A stretch of 64,000 bases of DNA, from assembly GCA_050250895.1 (NCBI GenBank), contig JBFWNU010000001.1, forward strand, positions 3,712,149 through 3,776,148, written 5' to 3'. The notes beneath the pieces were generated by a model. That model saw nothing but the letters and a program-made list of their open reading frames with translations. It searched no databases and had not been told where the DNA came from. This document shows positions 31,997 through 41,848 of the stretch, piece by piece (position 1 is the stretch's first letter; every line of letters begins with the position of its first letter). Source of the DNA: Vulcanimicrobiota bacterium. GTDB lineage: Bacteria > Vulcanimicrobiota > Xenobia > Xenobiales > JADMJV01. The position numbers were made by a program, and so were the translations under genes.

Positions 31997-33184
31997 CTAG
32001 CTGATGTAGTGATAGCCCATCTCTTTGTCGATGAGCTCCCAGGTGAGGGGGGCCCAGCCGTAGGTGCGGGCGTGGTGGAGGATGCCGCGGGACTTGAAGT
32101 CTTTGTAGAGATTCATCATCTCGGTGAAGGCCGCCCGGCGCTTGAGGCGGGCACGGGCCTCTTTTTGCGCCGTCTGCCAGAACTCGCTATCAAAGGTCGA
32201 ACCGCCCTGATAATAATAGGTGATCACGTCTTCCATTTCGTTGACGGCCTGGACGAACTGCCGGTTACACTCGTCGGCGGGCACGTTGTTGACGATGAAA
32301 TCATAGAACAGGCGGGCTGCGAAGATGTAGAGGAAAATCGAGTTGGCCACCAGGGGCTCGAAGAACAGGGCTTTGTTACCGTTGCGAGCGATACGGCCAC
32401 TGATCATGTGGTTGCTGTAATAGCACTTGAACCGGTACTCTTTCTCTTCGGCCTCTTTGGTCTCGAGGACTTCGGCTTCGAGGAGCTCGCGCATGGAGGC
32501 TGAGGCCACCTCTTTCGGGGTGATTTTGTCGTTGTACATGTAGCCATAGGTCTTGCGTGACTTCAGCGGCACTCCGAACATCCAACCGTGCTCGGTAGCG
32601 ATGTGGTCGGTGTAGGGCTCATAGTCGAAGTCGGTGACGCTGTGGATCAAGCAGCGGTTGACCGGCGAGCAGTCGCTGATGGTATAGCCAGAATAGTCTG
32701 CGGGAAAGCCCATGCAGTCGACGATATAGTCGAATTCGTGGTCGACTCCGTCGATGTTGACGGTCACTCCGTTGCTGTGGCTCATCAGCGACTTGACATC
32801 GCCTTCCATCACCTTGAACTTCTCGGGCCAAATTTCGGGCAGCCGCTCGTAGCAGAGATCTTTGAGACGAAAGTTGTTGAAGTGGATGGCGATGTTGCCG
32901 TCGAGCAACGGGTTGACCCAGCCCTGGCCGCGCCACTTCGTGAACTTGCTGCCGAACTTCAGGGTGGCGTCGAGCTTCTCCAGGTCGTTGGCCAGCGAGA
33001 AGTGCAGACCCCGCTCGAGCACACCGACGAAGCCGCCGTTGGTGCTTTCTCCGATGCCGATGATCTTCTTGGCTGGATTGTGGATCGATACGACATCCCA
33101 CTCGTTGGACAGCCAGGTGCAGAAATGGGTCAGGGTCAACAGGCCTGCGCTTCCAACTCCGATAACACCAATTCTCTTCTTCAT
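31997..33184 (-). CDS. Compact tryptophan-halogenase-family flavin-dependent enzyme
   Basis: IGVGSAG, IGIGEST, DATLKFGSKFTKW (catalytic-Lys region), VDCMGF, GWMFGVPL..R..GY, FFEPL. Confidence 0.78.
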   Translation of the reverse strand: MKKRIGVIGVGSAGLLTLTHFCTWLSNEWDVVSIHNPAKKIIGIGESTNGGFVGVLERGLHFSLANDLEKLDATLKFGSKFTKWRGQGWVNPLLDGNIAIHFNNFRLKDLCYERLPEIWPEKFKVMEGDVKSLMSHSNGVTVNIDGVDHEFDYIVDCMGFPADYSGYTISDCSPVNRCLIHSVTDFDYEPYTDHIATEHGWMFGVPLKSRKTYGYMYNDKITPKEVASASMRELLEAEVLETKEAEEKEYRFKCYYSNHMISGRIARNGNKALFFEPLVANSIFLYIFAARLFYDFIVNNVPADECNRQFVQAVNEMEDVITYYYQGGSTFDSEFWQTAQKEARARLKRRAAFTEMMNLYKDFKSRGILHHARTYGWAPLTWELIDKEMGYHYIS

Positions 33185-33198
33185 CGCAATCACTCGCC

Positions 33199-33435
33199 CT
33201 AACGCTGGTTTGAGGACTTGCTCCCCACGGGTTTCCGCTTCTCGGAAGTTCCAGCGGGCTCCTTCCCGCCCATCCGGGGCGCCCGTAGCCCGGCCAGGTC
33301 CGCGAGAGAATACGGAGCCATGAGGTAAGCCGTCTCAGGGAAGAGGACCGAGCGCGCTAACTTTGGGTGAACCGAGCGCACCACCACCAGGTTATCGGGC
33401 CATTCCTTGGATTCCAGGGCGCGGTTCAGGTCCAC
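33199..33435 (-). CDS. Small hypothetical protein or gene fragment
   Basis: 78-aa ORF filling the gap between co-oriented genes; no motif. Confidence 0.3.
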   Translation of the reverse strand: MDLNRALESKEWPDNLVVVRSVHPKLARSVLFPETAYLMAPYSLADLAGLRAPRMGGKEPAGTSEKRKPVGSKSSNQR

Positions 33436-33454
33436 GTGGCCGCGGCCACGGGCG

Positions 33455-34009
33455 CTAGGTTTTGGTGCGGTTGGAACGCAGACGAAGAATACCCAGCACC
33501 AGCAGGATGATGGTGGCTAACCCCGTGGTCGCCGCAATGGCCAGACCGTTCATGACCAGGGCGAAGATTTCCGAGTCCATCCGGTCCGAGACGGCCAGCT
33601 GGGCCGGCGGCTGGTCGGGTTCAGAGGTGCCCTCCAGGCGGTAGTCGCCCGGGTTAGAGACATCGAAGCTGAAGACGCTGCGACCGGTGCGGTCACCGAA
33701 GCTATAGGTCGTGGTCCCTCGCGGGGGGGTCAAGGCAATGTCCTTGCCTTCGGGACCGGTGACCGTCAGTTCGTAGCCGTTGAAGTTGGCGTACTCGTCG
33801 CGGGTCTCATAGAAGATCGTGTAGGTGCCCGGTCGCTCGAGATGCAGGGTCGTGCTGCCGGGAATGGCCGCTGGCATGAGGCTCTCGCCCAGGCCCATGA
33901 TGCCGTGCCAGAGGCTGTAAGCGAAGAAGGCAAGACCGCCGACTGCAACCAGGCCTGAAAAGACGAGAAGAGCGATGCCGAGGGGATCTTTAGGCTTGCG
34001 TTCTTCCAT
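33455..34009 (-). CDS. Membrane protein with two TM helices flanking an extracytoplasmic beta domain
   Basis: Hydrophobic N- and C-terminal helices; PGTYTIFYE...PGDYRL. Confidence 0.75.
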   Translation of the reverse strand: MEERKPKDPLGIALLVFSGLVAVGGLAFFAYSLWHGIMGLGESLMPAAIPGSTTLHLERPGTYTIFYETRDEYANFNGYELTVTGPEGKDIALTPPRGTTTYSFGDRTGRSVFSFDVSNPGDYRLEGTSEPDQPPAQLAVSDRMDSEIFALVMNGLAIAATTGLATIILLVLGILRLRSNRTKT

Positions 34010-34079
34010 CCTGGCCAATTCGCGAAGGCCGGCCAGATCCCTAGAGAGGGAAATGCCGTCGTTAGACTAAGCCTGGGCG

Positions 34080-34967
34080 ATGCGGTCTGTTCTTCGCTGG
34101 GGGATTTATTGCTGGTTGCTGTCAGGCCTGGCCTGGGCTCAGGCACCCGACTACAGCGGCATGGCCGAAATGCCCGGCCGCTTCACCTATTTCGTGGTGC
34201 ACGACACCAAGGCTGGCGTCGAGCCGCCCTGGGCCGCTCGGGTGGGAGTGCTGCGCCTGTCCAAAGACGGCAAACCCAACTACCAGTCGCTCAACATCAC
34301 CAACTGGGGCCCAGGCCAGGAGTTGCCCAACGATATCGAATGTTGCTGCCCGTTGCCGGGGCGTGCCGGCGAGTTTTTGGTGGCGGAAAGCGGCTACTAT
34401 CATGGACGCTTCGGCCGGATATTCCGCCTGCGGGTTCAGCGCGTGCCCGGCTCTGAACTCTATTTCGGTGAAGTCCTGGGCCATTTTCAGTTCGACCAGC
34501 CGGGGGCCGACGGCGATACCGAGGATGCGCGTCAGCTCGAGGGGATCGCGTGTATCGAGCAAGACGGTCAGCTCATACTGGTGCTGGGGCGCCGGGGGGG
34601 CAACGGTCAGCCCGGCGAACTGATCTGGGGACCGCTGGCCCTCGACCCGATGCGCTTTGGCCCTACCCAGGTGCGAGCGCTCGACCTTGGCGACCACCGC
34701 TTGCGGGCCTGCAGCGACCTGCTCTGGCATCGGGGCGAACTGCTCTGCGTGGCCAGCTACGACCCGGGCAACCTGGGACCGTTTCAATCTTTCGTCTACT
34801 CGCTGGGAAAACGCGATTGGCAGGTCGATCCCCAACGCCTGTGGGTGCTCGACGGCTTGAAGGTCGAAGCCCTGGCTCCCTGCTCGCTGCCAGGTAGCGA
34901 ACTGTGCGTGGGGACCGACGACGAGGATTATCAGGGGATCTGGCGACCGCTGGGGGAGAGACCCTGA
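34080..34967 (+). CDS. Secreted hypothetical protein (possible beta-propeller)
   Basis: Signal peptide ending AWA-Q; repeated DIEC/LEGI/KVEAL motifs and GTDDED; TGATG coupling to the next gene. Confidence 0.7.
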   Translation: MRSVLRWGIYCWLLSGLAWAQAPDYSGMAEMPGRFTYFVVHDTKAGVEPPWAARVGVLRLSKDGKPNYQSLNITNWGPGQELPNDIECCCPLPGRAGEFLVAESGYYHGRFGRIFRLRVQRVPGSELYFGEVLGHFQFDQPGADGDTEDARQLEGIACIEQDGQLILVLGRRGGNGQPGELIWGPLALDPMRFGPTQVRALDLGDHRLRACSDLLWHRGELLCVASYDPGNLGPFQSFVYSLGKRDWQVDPQRLWVLDGLKVEALAPCSLPGSELCVGTDDEDYQGIWRPLGERP

Positions 34968-36292
34968 TGTGGGCGGTGGCCTTCATCGTCTTGCTCGTCT
35001 CGGCTAACGCGCTGTTTGTGGCGGCCGAGTTTTCGACCGTGGCCTCACGCAAGACCCGGCTGGCCTCGATGGCCGAGCGGGGCGACAAGACCGCCGGTTG
35101 GCTGCTGGGCGTGGTCGGTGACTCGGTGCGACTCGACCGCTATGTGGCTGCGGCTCAGCTGGGCATCACCTTGTCGAGTCTGGTGCTGGGCTTTTACGGG
35201 CAGACCCGGCTGGCGGTGCGACTCGAGCCCTATGCTCAGGCGGCCGGCCTGCCCGAGGGTTCGGTGACGGCGGCGACGGCCACCGCCGTGTTACTGGTGT
35301 TGACCGGGCTGCAGGTGATTTTTGGCGAGCTCTTACCCAAGTCGCTGGGGTTGCAGTTTCCCGAGCAACTGGCCAGGCTGGCTTCCTACCCCATGCGGGC
35401 GGCCACCAGCTTGATGAGTCCCCTGATCAGCTTCTTCAACGGCAGCGCCCGCCTGCTGATGAAATTGCTGCGCCTGCCCGAGCACAGCGGTCACGGCCAT
35501 CTCCATTCGGCTGACGAGATTCGGATGCTGGTGGGCGAGAGCAAGACCGGCGGCGTGCTCGACGAGGTCGAGTCGCAGTTGCTCGACAACGCTTTGCGGG
35601 TGCGTAACTACACCGCGCACCAGGCCATGGTTCCGCGCAATCGCCTGACCATGGCCTCGGTCGACACGCCCCTTTCAGAATTGCTGAAGTTGGTAGCCGA
35701 GTCTCCGTTCTCGCGCCTGCCGGTCTATCAAGACTCTCCTGACAAGGTGGTAGGAGTGGTCCATATCAAAGACCTGCTCGCCAACAGCCGAGCTGCCGAG
35801 CCGAGACCGGTGAGCGAACTCGTGCGGGAGGCCCCGGCGGTCCCCCACACTTTGACGGTCAAGAAGCTCATGGCCCGGCTGCAAAAGGACCACTTTCACA
35901 TGGCGGTAGTGCTCGACGAGTATGGCGGCACTGCCGGAATCGTCACGCTCGAGGACTTGCTCGAACGGATCTTCGGCGATTTCCAGGATGAGTATGACCC
36001 GGTGGCTTTTCCGCTGCGAATGGTCGGCGAGCGAATCGAAGTGTCCGGCTCGGCCTTGCTCGAGGAACTCAACAGCTGGTTCGACCTGGCCCTTTCCAGC
36101 CTCAAGTCCGACACTCTGGCCGGACTGATGCTTGAGCACCTGGGGCGGCTGGCCAGGGTGGGTGACGAGGTTCCGCTCGGAGGGTTGTCTTTTCGGGTCG
36201 ACCAGCTGCGCGACAGAGCCCTCGAGAAGGTATCGATCCCAGCCGATCACAACCTGGTCCAACGCTTGCGCAAGAGGGGGTTGCTGTCGTGA
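34967..36292 (+). CDS. HlyC/CorC (CNNM-CBS) family transporter
   Basis: NALFVAAEFS, AQLGIT, IFGELLPK, MVPR, FSRLPVY, LDEYGGTAGIVTLEDLLE. Confidence 0.93.
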   Translation: MWAVAFIVLLVSANALFVAAEFSTVASRKTRLASMAERGDKTAGWLLGVVGDSVRLDRYVAAAQLGITLSSLVLGFYGQTRLAVRLEPYAQAAGLPEGSVTAATATAVLLVLTGLQVIFGELLPKSLGLQFPEQLARLASYPMRAATSLMSPLISFFNGSARLLMKLLRLPEHSGHGHLHSADEIRMLVGESKTGGVLDEVESQLLDNALRVRNYTAHQAMVPRNRLTMASVDTPLSELLKLVAESPFSRLPVYQDSPDKVVGVVHIKDLLANSRAAEPRPVSELVREAPAVPHTLTVKKLMARLQKDHFHMAVVLDEYGGTAGIVTLEDLLERIFGDFQDEYDPVAFPLRMVGERIEVSGSALLEELNSWFDLALSSLKSDTLAGLMLEHLGRLARVGDEVPLGGLSFRVDQLRDRALEKVSIPADHNLVQRLRKRGLLS

Positions 36293-37560
36293 TCGCCTTT
36301 CTCGCTATCGTCATCCTGGTGTTGCTCAACGGCATCTTCGTGGCCGCCGAGTTCGCCATTGTAGGTGCCTCCAAGACCCGGCTGGCGACCATGGCTGAAG
36401 AGGGTGACACCGCGGCCCTCAAAGTGTTGGCCATCCGTCGCGACGACGACCGCATGAATCGCTACATCGCTACCGCCCAGGTCGGCATCACGGTGGTTAG
36501 TCTGGGCCTGGGAATGGTGGGCGAGCCGGCTCTGGCCGAAGGCCTGGCCCACCTCTTCCATCGCGACCATCACGAGGCCTGGTTGACCCTGGTGGCCATC
36601 TTGTTGCTCACTTACCCTCACGTGGTGGTGGGCGAAATGGTGCCCAAGGCCCTGGCCTTGCAGTCGGCCATCCGCACGGCCATCGTTCTGCGTCCTCTGA
36701 TGGCCCTGGTCGAGAAAGTCTTCCTGCCGCTGGTCGTGGCTCTCAACGGCATGGGCAACCTGTTGCTCCGATTGTTGCGGGTGCCGCCGGCCGACGAAAG
36801 CCGGCACCTCTTCTCTCCCGAAGAGATCGAGATGGTGGTCAAAGAGAGCCGCGAGGGGGGGCTGGTAGGGGCCTCCGAAGAGCTGATGGTCGAGAACATT
36901 TTCGACCTGTCCGAGCGCACCGCCGGGGACGTGATGACGCCCCGCACCAGAGTGATGGGGATGGAGCGCGATTTGACCCTCTCCCAAGCCCTGGACCGCG
37001 TTTGTGAAACAGGCTATTCTCGGCATCCCGTCTACGGCGAGAGCCTGGATCATATCGACGGTATTCTCTATACCAAAGACCTGGCTCGCCACGTGGTGGC
37101 CCGGGGCGAGCAGGGAGACCTGAGCGAACTGCTTCGGCCCGCGCGCCATGTGCCTGCCTCCACCGGGTTGGAAGAGTTGCTCGAAATCTTTCGCCGCGAA
37201 CACCTGCAGTTGGCGGTGGTGCTCGACGAATACGGAGGGACAGCCGGGCTGGTCAGTCTGGAAGACGTCTTTGAGGAAGTGATCGGAGAGATTCAAGACG
37301 AGTTCGACCAGGAGGTGGACCCGATCGCGCGTCAGGAGGACGGCAGCTACCTGGTCCGCGGCGACGTGTTGCTCGAAGAGTTGACCCAGCACCTCGGCCG
37401 CTCCTTCGACCATCCCAGCGTCAAGACGCTGGGTGGGTTGGTGCTGGAACTCAAAGCGAACGTGCCGGTGGTGGGCGACATCCTGGAGTGGGAAGGTGTC
37501 AAGCTCGAAGTGATGGCGACTCAGCGCAAGGGAGCGGGGCTTGTTCGACTAATCCTCTAG
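36289..37560 (+). CDS. HlyC/CorC (CNNM-CBS) family transporter, tandem paralogue
   Basis: NGIFVAAEFA, GEMVPK, VMTPR, YSRHPVY, LDEYGGTAGLVSLED. Confidence 0.93.
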   Translation: MIAFLAIVILVLLNGIFVAAEFAIVGASKTRLATMAEEGDTAALKVLAIRRDDDRMNRYIATAQVGITVVSLGLGMVGEPALAEGLAHLFHRDHHEAWLTLVAILLLTYPHVVVGEMVPKALALQSAIRTAIVLRPLMALVEKVFLPLVVALNGMGNLLLRLLRVPPADESRHLFSPEEIEMVVKESREGGLVGASEELMVENIFDLSERTAGDVMTPRTRVMGMERDLTLSQALDRVCETGYSRHPVYGESLDHIDGILYTKDLARHVVARGEQGDLSELLRPARHVPASTGLEELLEIFRREHLQLAVVLDEYGGTAGLVSLEDVFEEVIGEIQDEFDQEVDPIARQEDGSYLVRGDVLLEELTQHLGRSFDHPSVKTLGGLVLELKANVPVVGDILEWEGVKLEVMATQRKGAGLVRLIL

Positions 37561-37562
37561 GT

Positions 37563-39665
37563 ATGACCGAGCGACGGCATCAGGCACTGATGGGCCTGCT
37601 GACTCGACTGAGTCGGGCCCAGACCGAGCGCGAGGCCTATCATGAGGTCGCGCGGGCGTTGGCCTTTCTCACTGCGGTGGCGCGAGTCAGCCTGGCCGTT
37701 GTTTGTCCCGACGGGCAATCGGTCGAGGTCATCGCTCTGTCGGGCTGTGCGGCCGAACTGCCTCAGGGCAAGATTCTGCCGCTGGAGCATACGGCCATGG
37801 CCCGCGCACTTGAGCTCCGGCGTAGTTACGCCTGGCGGATCGGCTCCCACCCCGAATTTCTCGAGAACGACCTCCTGGCCGACCCGGGTCTGCGCGAAGC
37901 GATCAATTTTCCCCTGATCGTGGGAGAGAGCGCCATCGGGACCCTCAACCTGGCAGGCGGCAGCCTGCACCAGAACGACCTGCATACCGCCTACGAGGTT
38001 GCCGCCATGCTGGCAGCGACCCTGGAACGGTTGAAACTGGTGCGCCGGCTGGCCGTGGAACTGGAAGCCGAACAGGTCTACATCAAGAAGCTCGAGGTGC
38101 TCTCGGAGCTGTCTGCCAAGCTCTCCGGTGCAACCTCAAGAGACGAGGCGTTCCGGCTCGTCTTCGAGCGCCTGGGTCGTATCCTACCGGTGGGCCGAAT
38201 GAGTATCGTCTCGTTGAGTGGTCCAGACGAGGTGACGGTGGTGTTGGTCGATGGCCATCAGGCCGTGCCCGTGGGATCTCGTATACCCCCCAGCGCGGTT
38301 GGCTTGTCGCCGCTGGTGAACCAGGCGCGCCCGGTTTTCTTACCCGACCTGTCGAAGTCTTCGTCTCCGGTCCATCAGACCCTGGTCAAAGCGGGCTTTC
38401 GCTGCGCCGCCTCGCTGCCGTTGATAGCCTTGGGAAAGGTGGTGGGAGCTCTCAATCTGGCCTCTTGCGATCCCGACTTGCTGGCTCCCAAGTCCAAGGG
38501 TCTGCTCCAGGTTGTCGGTGTGGGACTGGGAGCGACCATCGAGCGGGTGGCCGCCGAAGACCGTCTGCGCGAGGCTCAAAAGCTCGAGAGCCTGGGGGTG
38601 CTCTCGGGTGGTCTGGCGCACGATTTCAACAACCTGCTGGGGGTGGCCCTGGGCAATCTGAGCCTGGTGCAAGACAGCCTTAGCTCGGAGCATCCTCTCC
38701 AGGCCGAGCTTGGTTGCATCCAGCAGGCCATCGAGAAAGGGGCAGGCCTGACGCGCCAGATGCTCGCCTACGCCGGCAAGTCGACTCCCGAGACCTCGGT
38801 GGTGGATCTCAACCAGGCCGTGCTCGATCTTTCCGGGATGATGTCACCCACTCTGGGCAAGACGGTCGAGCTGCGGTGCGAGTTGAGCCAGCCCGGCCCC
38901 ACGGTGATGGGCGACTCTTCCCAACTGCAACAGGTCCTCTTCAACCTCATCACCAATGCCCGTGAAGCCATCAATGGACAGGGCATCATAACCCTCAAAG
39001 TGGACACTCTGAGCGTGAGCGCCGACGGCGGCTGGCAAGTCGAACCCGGACGCTATGCCTGGATCAGCTGTCAGGACACGGGCTGTGGCATCGCGCCCCA
39101 GCACCTCGACCGAGTCTTTGACCCGTTCTTCACGACCAAGGCTCGCGGCAGCGGCCTGGGTCTGTCGACCGTGCTGGGGGTCGTGCGTTCCCACAAAGGA
39201 GATCTGCGGGTGCGCTCGCAACCCGGTCAGGGCTGCCTGGTCGAGGTTCTGCTGCCGATGGTCACCGAAGCGCCTCGCCAGGTGACCGGCTCCGGCCCGC
39301 TGGTCTACGTGGTGGACGACGAGCAGCAACTGCTGAGAGTAGCCAGCCGCATGCTCGAACGACTGGGGTTCGAGGTATGCACCGCCAGCGACGGTCAGGA
39401 GTTGCTCGATCGTTTGGTCGAAGAGACCCGCCCGGTGGCGGCTGTCTTGATGGACCTCTCCATGCCGCGTATGGGAGGCCTCGAGGCTTCGCGCCGCTTG
39501 TTCGAATCGCGAGGCGAAGTGCCCATCGTGCTCATGAGTGGTTACGATCGCGAGGACAGCCTGCGCGACGGAGTGCAACCCAACGTCAAGAACTTCCTGG
39601 CCAAGCCGTTTCGTCTGGAAGGGTTGCGGGCGGCCATGCAGGCCGCTGTAGAACTACCGGTCTAG
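37563..39665 (+). CDS. Cytoplasmic hybrid histidine kinase (2 GAF, HisKA, HATPase, REC)
   Basis: QKLESLGVLSGGLAHDFNNLL, NLITNAREA, FDPFFTTK, GSGLGL, VVDDE, MDLSMP. Confidence 0.92.
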   Translation: MTERRHQALMGLLTRLSRAQTEREAYHEVARALAFLTAVARVSLAVVCPDGQSVEVIALSGCAAELPQGKILPLEHTAMARALELRRSYAWRIGSHPEFLENDLLADPGLREAINFPLIVGESAIGTLNLAGGSLHQNDLHTAYEVAAMLAATLERLKLVRRLAVELEAEQVYIKKLEVLSELSAKLSGATSRDEAFRLVFERLGRILPVGRMSIVSLSGPDEVTVVLVDGHQAVPVGSRIPPSAVGLSPLVNQARPVFLPDLSKSSSPVHQTLVKAGFRCAASLPLIALGKVVGALNLASCDPDLLAPKSKGLLQVVGVGLGATIERVAAEDRLREAQKLESLGVLSGGLAHDFNNLLGVALGNLSLVQDSLSSEHPLQAELGCIQQAIEKGAGLTRQMLAYAGKSTPETSVVDLNQAVLDLSGMMSPTLGKTVELRCELSQPGPTVMGDSSQLQQVLFNLITNAREAINGQGIITLKVDTLSVSADGGWQVEPGRYAWISCQDTGCGIAPQHLDRVFDPFFTTKARGSGLGLSTVLGVVRSHKGDLRVRSQPGQGCLVEVLLPMVTEAPRQVTGSGPLVYVVDDEQQLLRVASRMLERLGFEVCTASDGQELLDRLVEETRPVAAVLMDLSMPRMGGLEASRRLFESRGEVPIVLMSGYDREDSLRDGVQPNVKNFLAKPFRLEGLRAAMQAAVELPV

Positions 39666-40294
39666 TCTTTACTCTGGTCTAATCCCGGGCTCGAGTGTCC
39701 GAAGCCGGCGCCGGTTTCCTGGCCGGCCTCGGCACCCAGGTTTTGGCCGTTGACAGCGATCCGCTCGAAGCCATCGGCCACGTATTGGCTCTGACCCTCG
39801 CCTTCCTTGTGCAGGACCTTTCCCTCCGAGTCCTTGAGGGTGAAGTTCTGGGAGCCGATGTGCAAGAAGTCCTTGCCTTCTCCGCCCTGGAAGCTGGCCT
39901 GGTTGTTGCCCTGGTCGGAGTCGAAACCGTCGTAGAAAACCTGGTCGTCGCCGGGGCCGGTGTCGACGGAGGCTTTATTCTTCCCTTTGCCGGGCAGGAC
40001 CGTCACGTCGTCGTTTCCGCCGCCGGTCTTGACGTCGAAGTTGGTGTCGCCGTCGCCACCCTGCAACTCCACCGAGGTGTCTGTGGTTGGCTTGTCGGGC
40101 TTGGGCGCGAAGCCGTTGGCCAGGCCCGCCGCCAGCGCCTGGCCATTATTCGAGGGCGCCTCGGACTTGCCCGAGGGCTTGGCCGGCTGGGATTGGGTCG
40201 AAACCCGCGGCTTGGATTGGCAACGCTGGCGGGGATGAAGGACCTGGGCTGCGCGTTGAAAGAGCGGTGTGTGTGAGCGTTCGATGAGAGGCAC
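39662..40294 (-). CDS. Small protein with RTX-like GGxGxD repeats and disordered N-terminus
   Basis: GGDGD, GGGNDDV, GPGDDQV, GGEGKDFL; AGGAG RBS before GTG; no signal peptide. Confidence 0.7.
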   Translation of the reverse strand: MPLIERSHTPLFQRAAQVLHPRQRCQSKPRVSTQSQPAKPSGKSEAPSNNGQALAAGLANGFAPKPDKPTTDTSVELQGGDGDTNFDVKTGGGNDDVTVLPGKGKNKASVDTGPGDDQVFYDGFDSDQGNNQASFQGGEGKDFLHIGSQNFTLKDSEGKVLHKEGEGQSQYVADGFERIAVNGQNLGAEAGQETGAGFGHSSPGLDQSKD

Positions 40295-40323
40295 TAGCTA
40301 TCTCCTGTGTTGTGTGTGCCTCT

Positions 40324-40397
40324 AGCATAGCCTGTGAGGACCGAGCCGGTAGGGGGACAGATGTTAAGAAAATACGGACTTTCTTAAGGGTTTGTTA
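40324..40397 (-). promoter_or_regulatory. TAACA-N6-TAAGA box, third TAACA half-site and candidate -10 element
   Basis: Minus strand half-sites start at 40397, 40386 and 40366; TATGCT at 40329. Confidence 0.5.
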
Positions 40398-40979
40398 ATT
40401 GCGGGTAGCGAGTCCCGCACGAATCTCCAAGCGATGGTCCTGGCGGTTGCGACTGCGGGGGATGGAGAAAATCAGGCGAAACACGGCTTGACCCGGCACA
40501 GGAGCCAGGAACTCGGCCTGGTCGAGCTGCCGGGCCAACACGCGACCTCCGCTGAGATAAGTCGAGAGCGGCTGGGGGCCGCTGCCGAAGTCATGTTCTT
40601 CGATGGGCTCGACCGTCGAAGGGATGGCCACCGGCAGTCTCCGCAGGTGCAGTTCCGAGCCTTGCTGGAAGAACACCAGATAGGCTTGCCAGACCGGGTT
40701 GCCCTGGTCGTCGCGAACGACGTGGCCGTCGGCGTCGCGATGGGTCAACAACGAGATCGCCTCGGGGGCCACCGTGAGGCTGTCCCAGTCGGTCTCGCGC
40801 CCGGCCCGCTTGATGGCCTCTTTGGCCACCGAGGCCTGGTTGCGGATGTCACTTTCGGCCCCCGAGGTCACGAAGGCTTCGGCGCTGGTCTCGAAGATGA
40901 AAAAGACCGTGGTCAGCAAGATGGCCAACAAAGCCACGGCCAGGACCATCTCGAGCAGAGTCAGACCCCTTCGTCTCAC
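40395..40979 (-). CDS. Prepilin-type N-terminal methylation protein
   Basis: RRRG-LTLLEMVLAVALL. Confidence 0.82.
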   Translation of the reverse strand: MRRRGLTLLEMVLAVALLAILLTTVFFIFETSAEAFVTSGAESDIRNQASVAKEAIKRAGRETDWDSLTVAPEAISLLTHRDADGHVVRDDQGNPVWQAYLVFFQQGSELHLRRLPVAIPSTVEPIEEHDFGSGPQPLSTYLSGGRVLARQLDQAEFLAPVPGQAVFRLIFSIPRSRNRQDHRLEIRAGLATRN

Positions 40980-41377
40980 GGCTGCAGTAGCGACTCCAGT
41001 TTCACCCGACTCTGGGCGGCCCAGGCCACTTCGACCAGTACGGCCACCCCCGCCGGGTCGGCGGCGGTGGTCACTTTGATGTCATATCGCTGACCGTCGA
41101 CTGCCAACGACGGGTAGGGGGCGGGTGGAAATCCGGTAGCCGCGTCCGGTGGCTGATTGGCGGCGCCATCGAAGCTGAACCCGACGGGTATGTCGCTTAG
41201 ACCACGGCTCTCTTCGAGCACTTCGTTGGCGATCTCGTTGGCCTGCGACATCTGGTTCGAATTGCGCAGCAAGCGCAGGCCGCTGCCGAACAGGCCCAGC
41301 AGTCCTAAAATGGCGATGGCCACCACGCCGATGGCCAACATCACTTCCAGGAGGGTCAGCCCTCTTATTCGTTCCAC
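40976..41377 (-). CDS. Prepilin-type N-terminal methylation protein (PilV-like)
   Basis: IRG-LTLLEVMLAIGVVAIA; GTGA overlap with the downstream gene. Confidence 0.82.
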   Translation of the reverse strand: MERIRGLTLLEVMLAIGVVAIAILGLLGLFGSGLRLLRNSNQMSQANEIANEVLEESRGLSDIPVGFSFDGAANQPPDAATGFPPAPYPSLAVDGQRYDIKVTTAADPAGVAVLVEVAWAAQSRVKLESLLQP

Positions 41378-41825
41378 GTCTTGACCTGGAGTTTCCCGTA
41401 GATGATCAGGGAGTTGGTGCCGGGTTCGAACAGGTCCTCGAGATAGGTTACCCGGCTGCCTCCGTGCAGGTAGACGTTGCCCTTGCCGGGGGCGCCATCG
41501 GCCACGACGGCGCCGTTCACCACCAGTTCATGGTCGACGGTGAGGTTGCCGTTGGTATAGACCAGGCCCTCAAAGAAGGCGTGGCCGACGCGTTCCGAGT
41601 CGAAATTGCTGGCCAGATTGCGGACCGCCAGCAAAAGAGCGATATCCTCGGGCTTGCTGGGGTCGACCATGTCGAGAACGGCGTCGACCGCGTGAGCGAT
41701 GTTCATGTCCGGGCTGGCGCGGAACGTGTCGAGCGTCGGGATCTTCTCTGCGTCTGGCAGCCCTCCGAAGAAGTTTCGCAGGTTCGTCACCTTGGCCAGA
41801 GCGAAGCAATTCCCCGCCTCGACAT
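41365..41825 (-). pseudogene. Internally deleted PilX-like gene
   Basis: ATG 41825 gives MSRRGIA-SLWPR* (pilin-like leader, then stop); another frame carries a PilX-like C-terminus FEGLVYTNGNL..VNGAVVA..G.SRVTY..VKTWNE. Confidence 0.6.
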
Positions 41826-41848
41826 ACCTTTGATGGTAACAGAAATTT

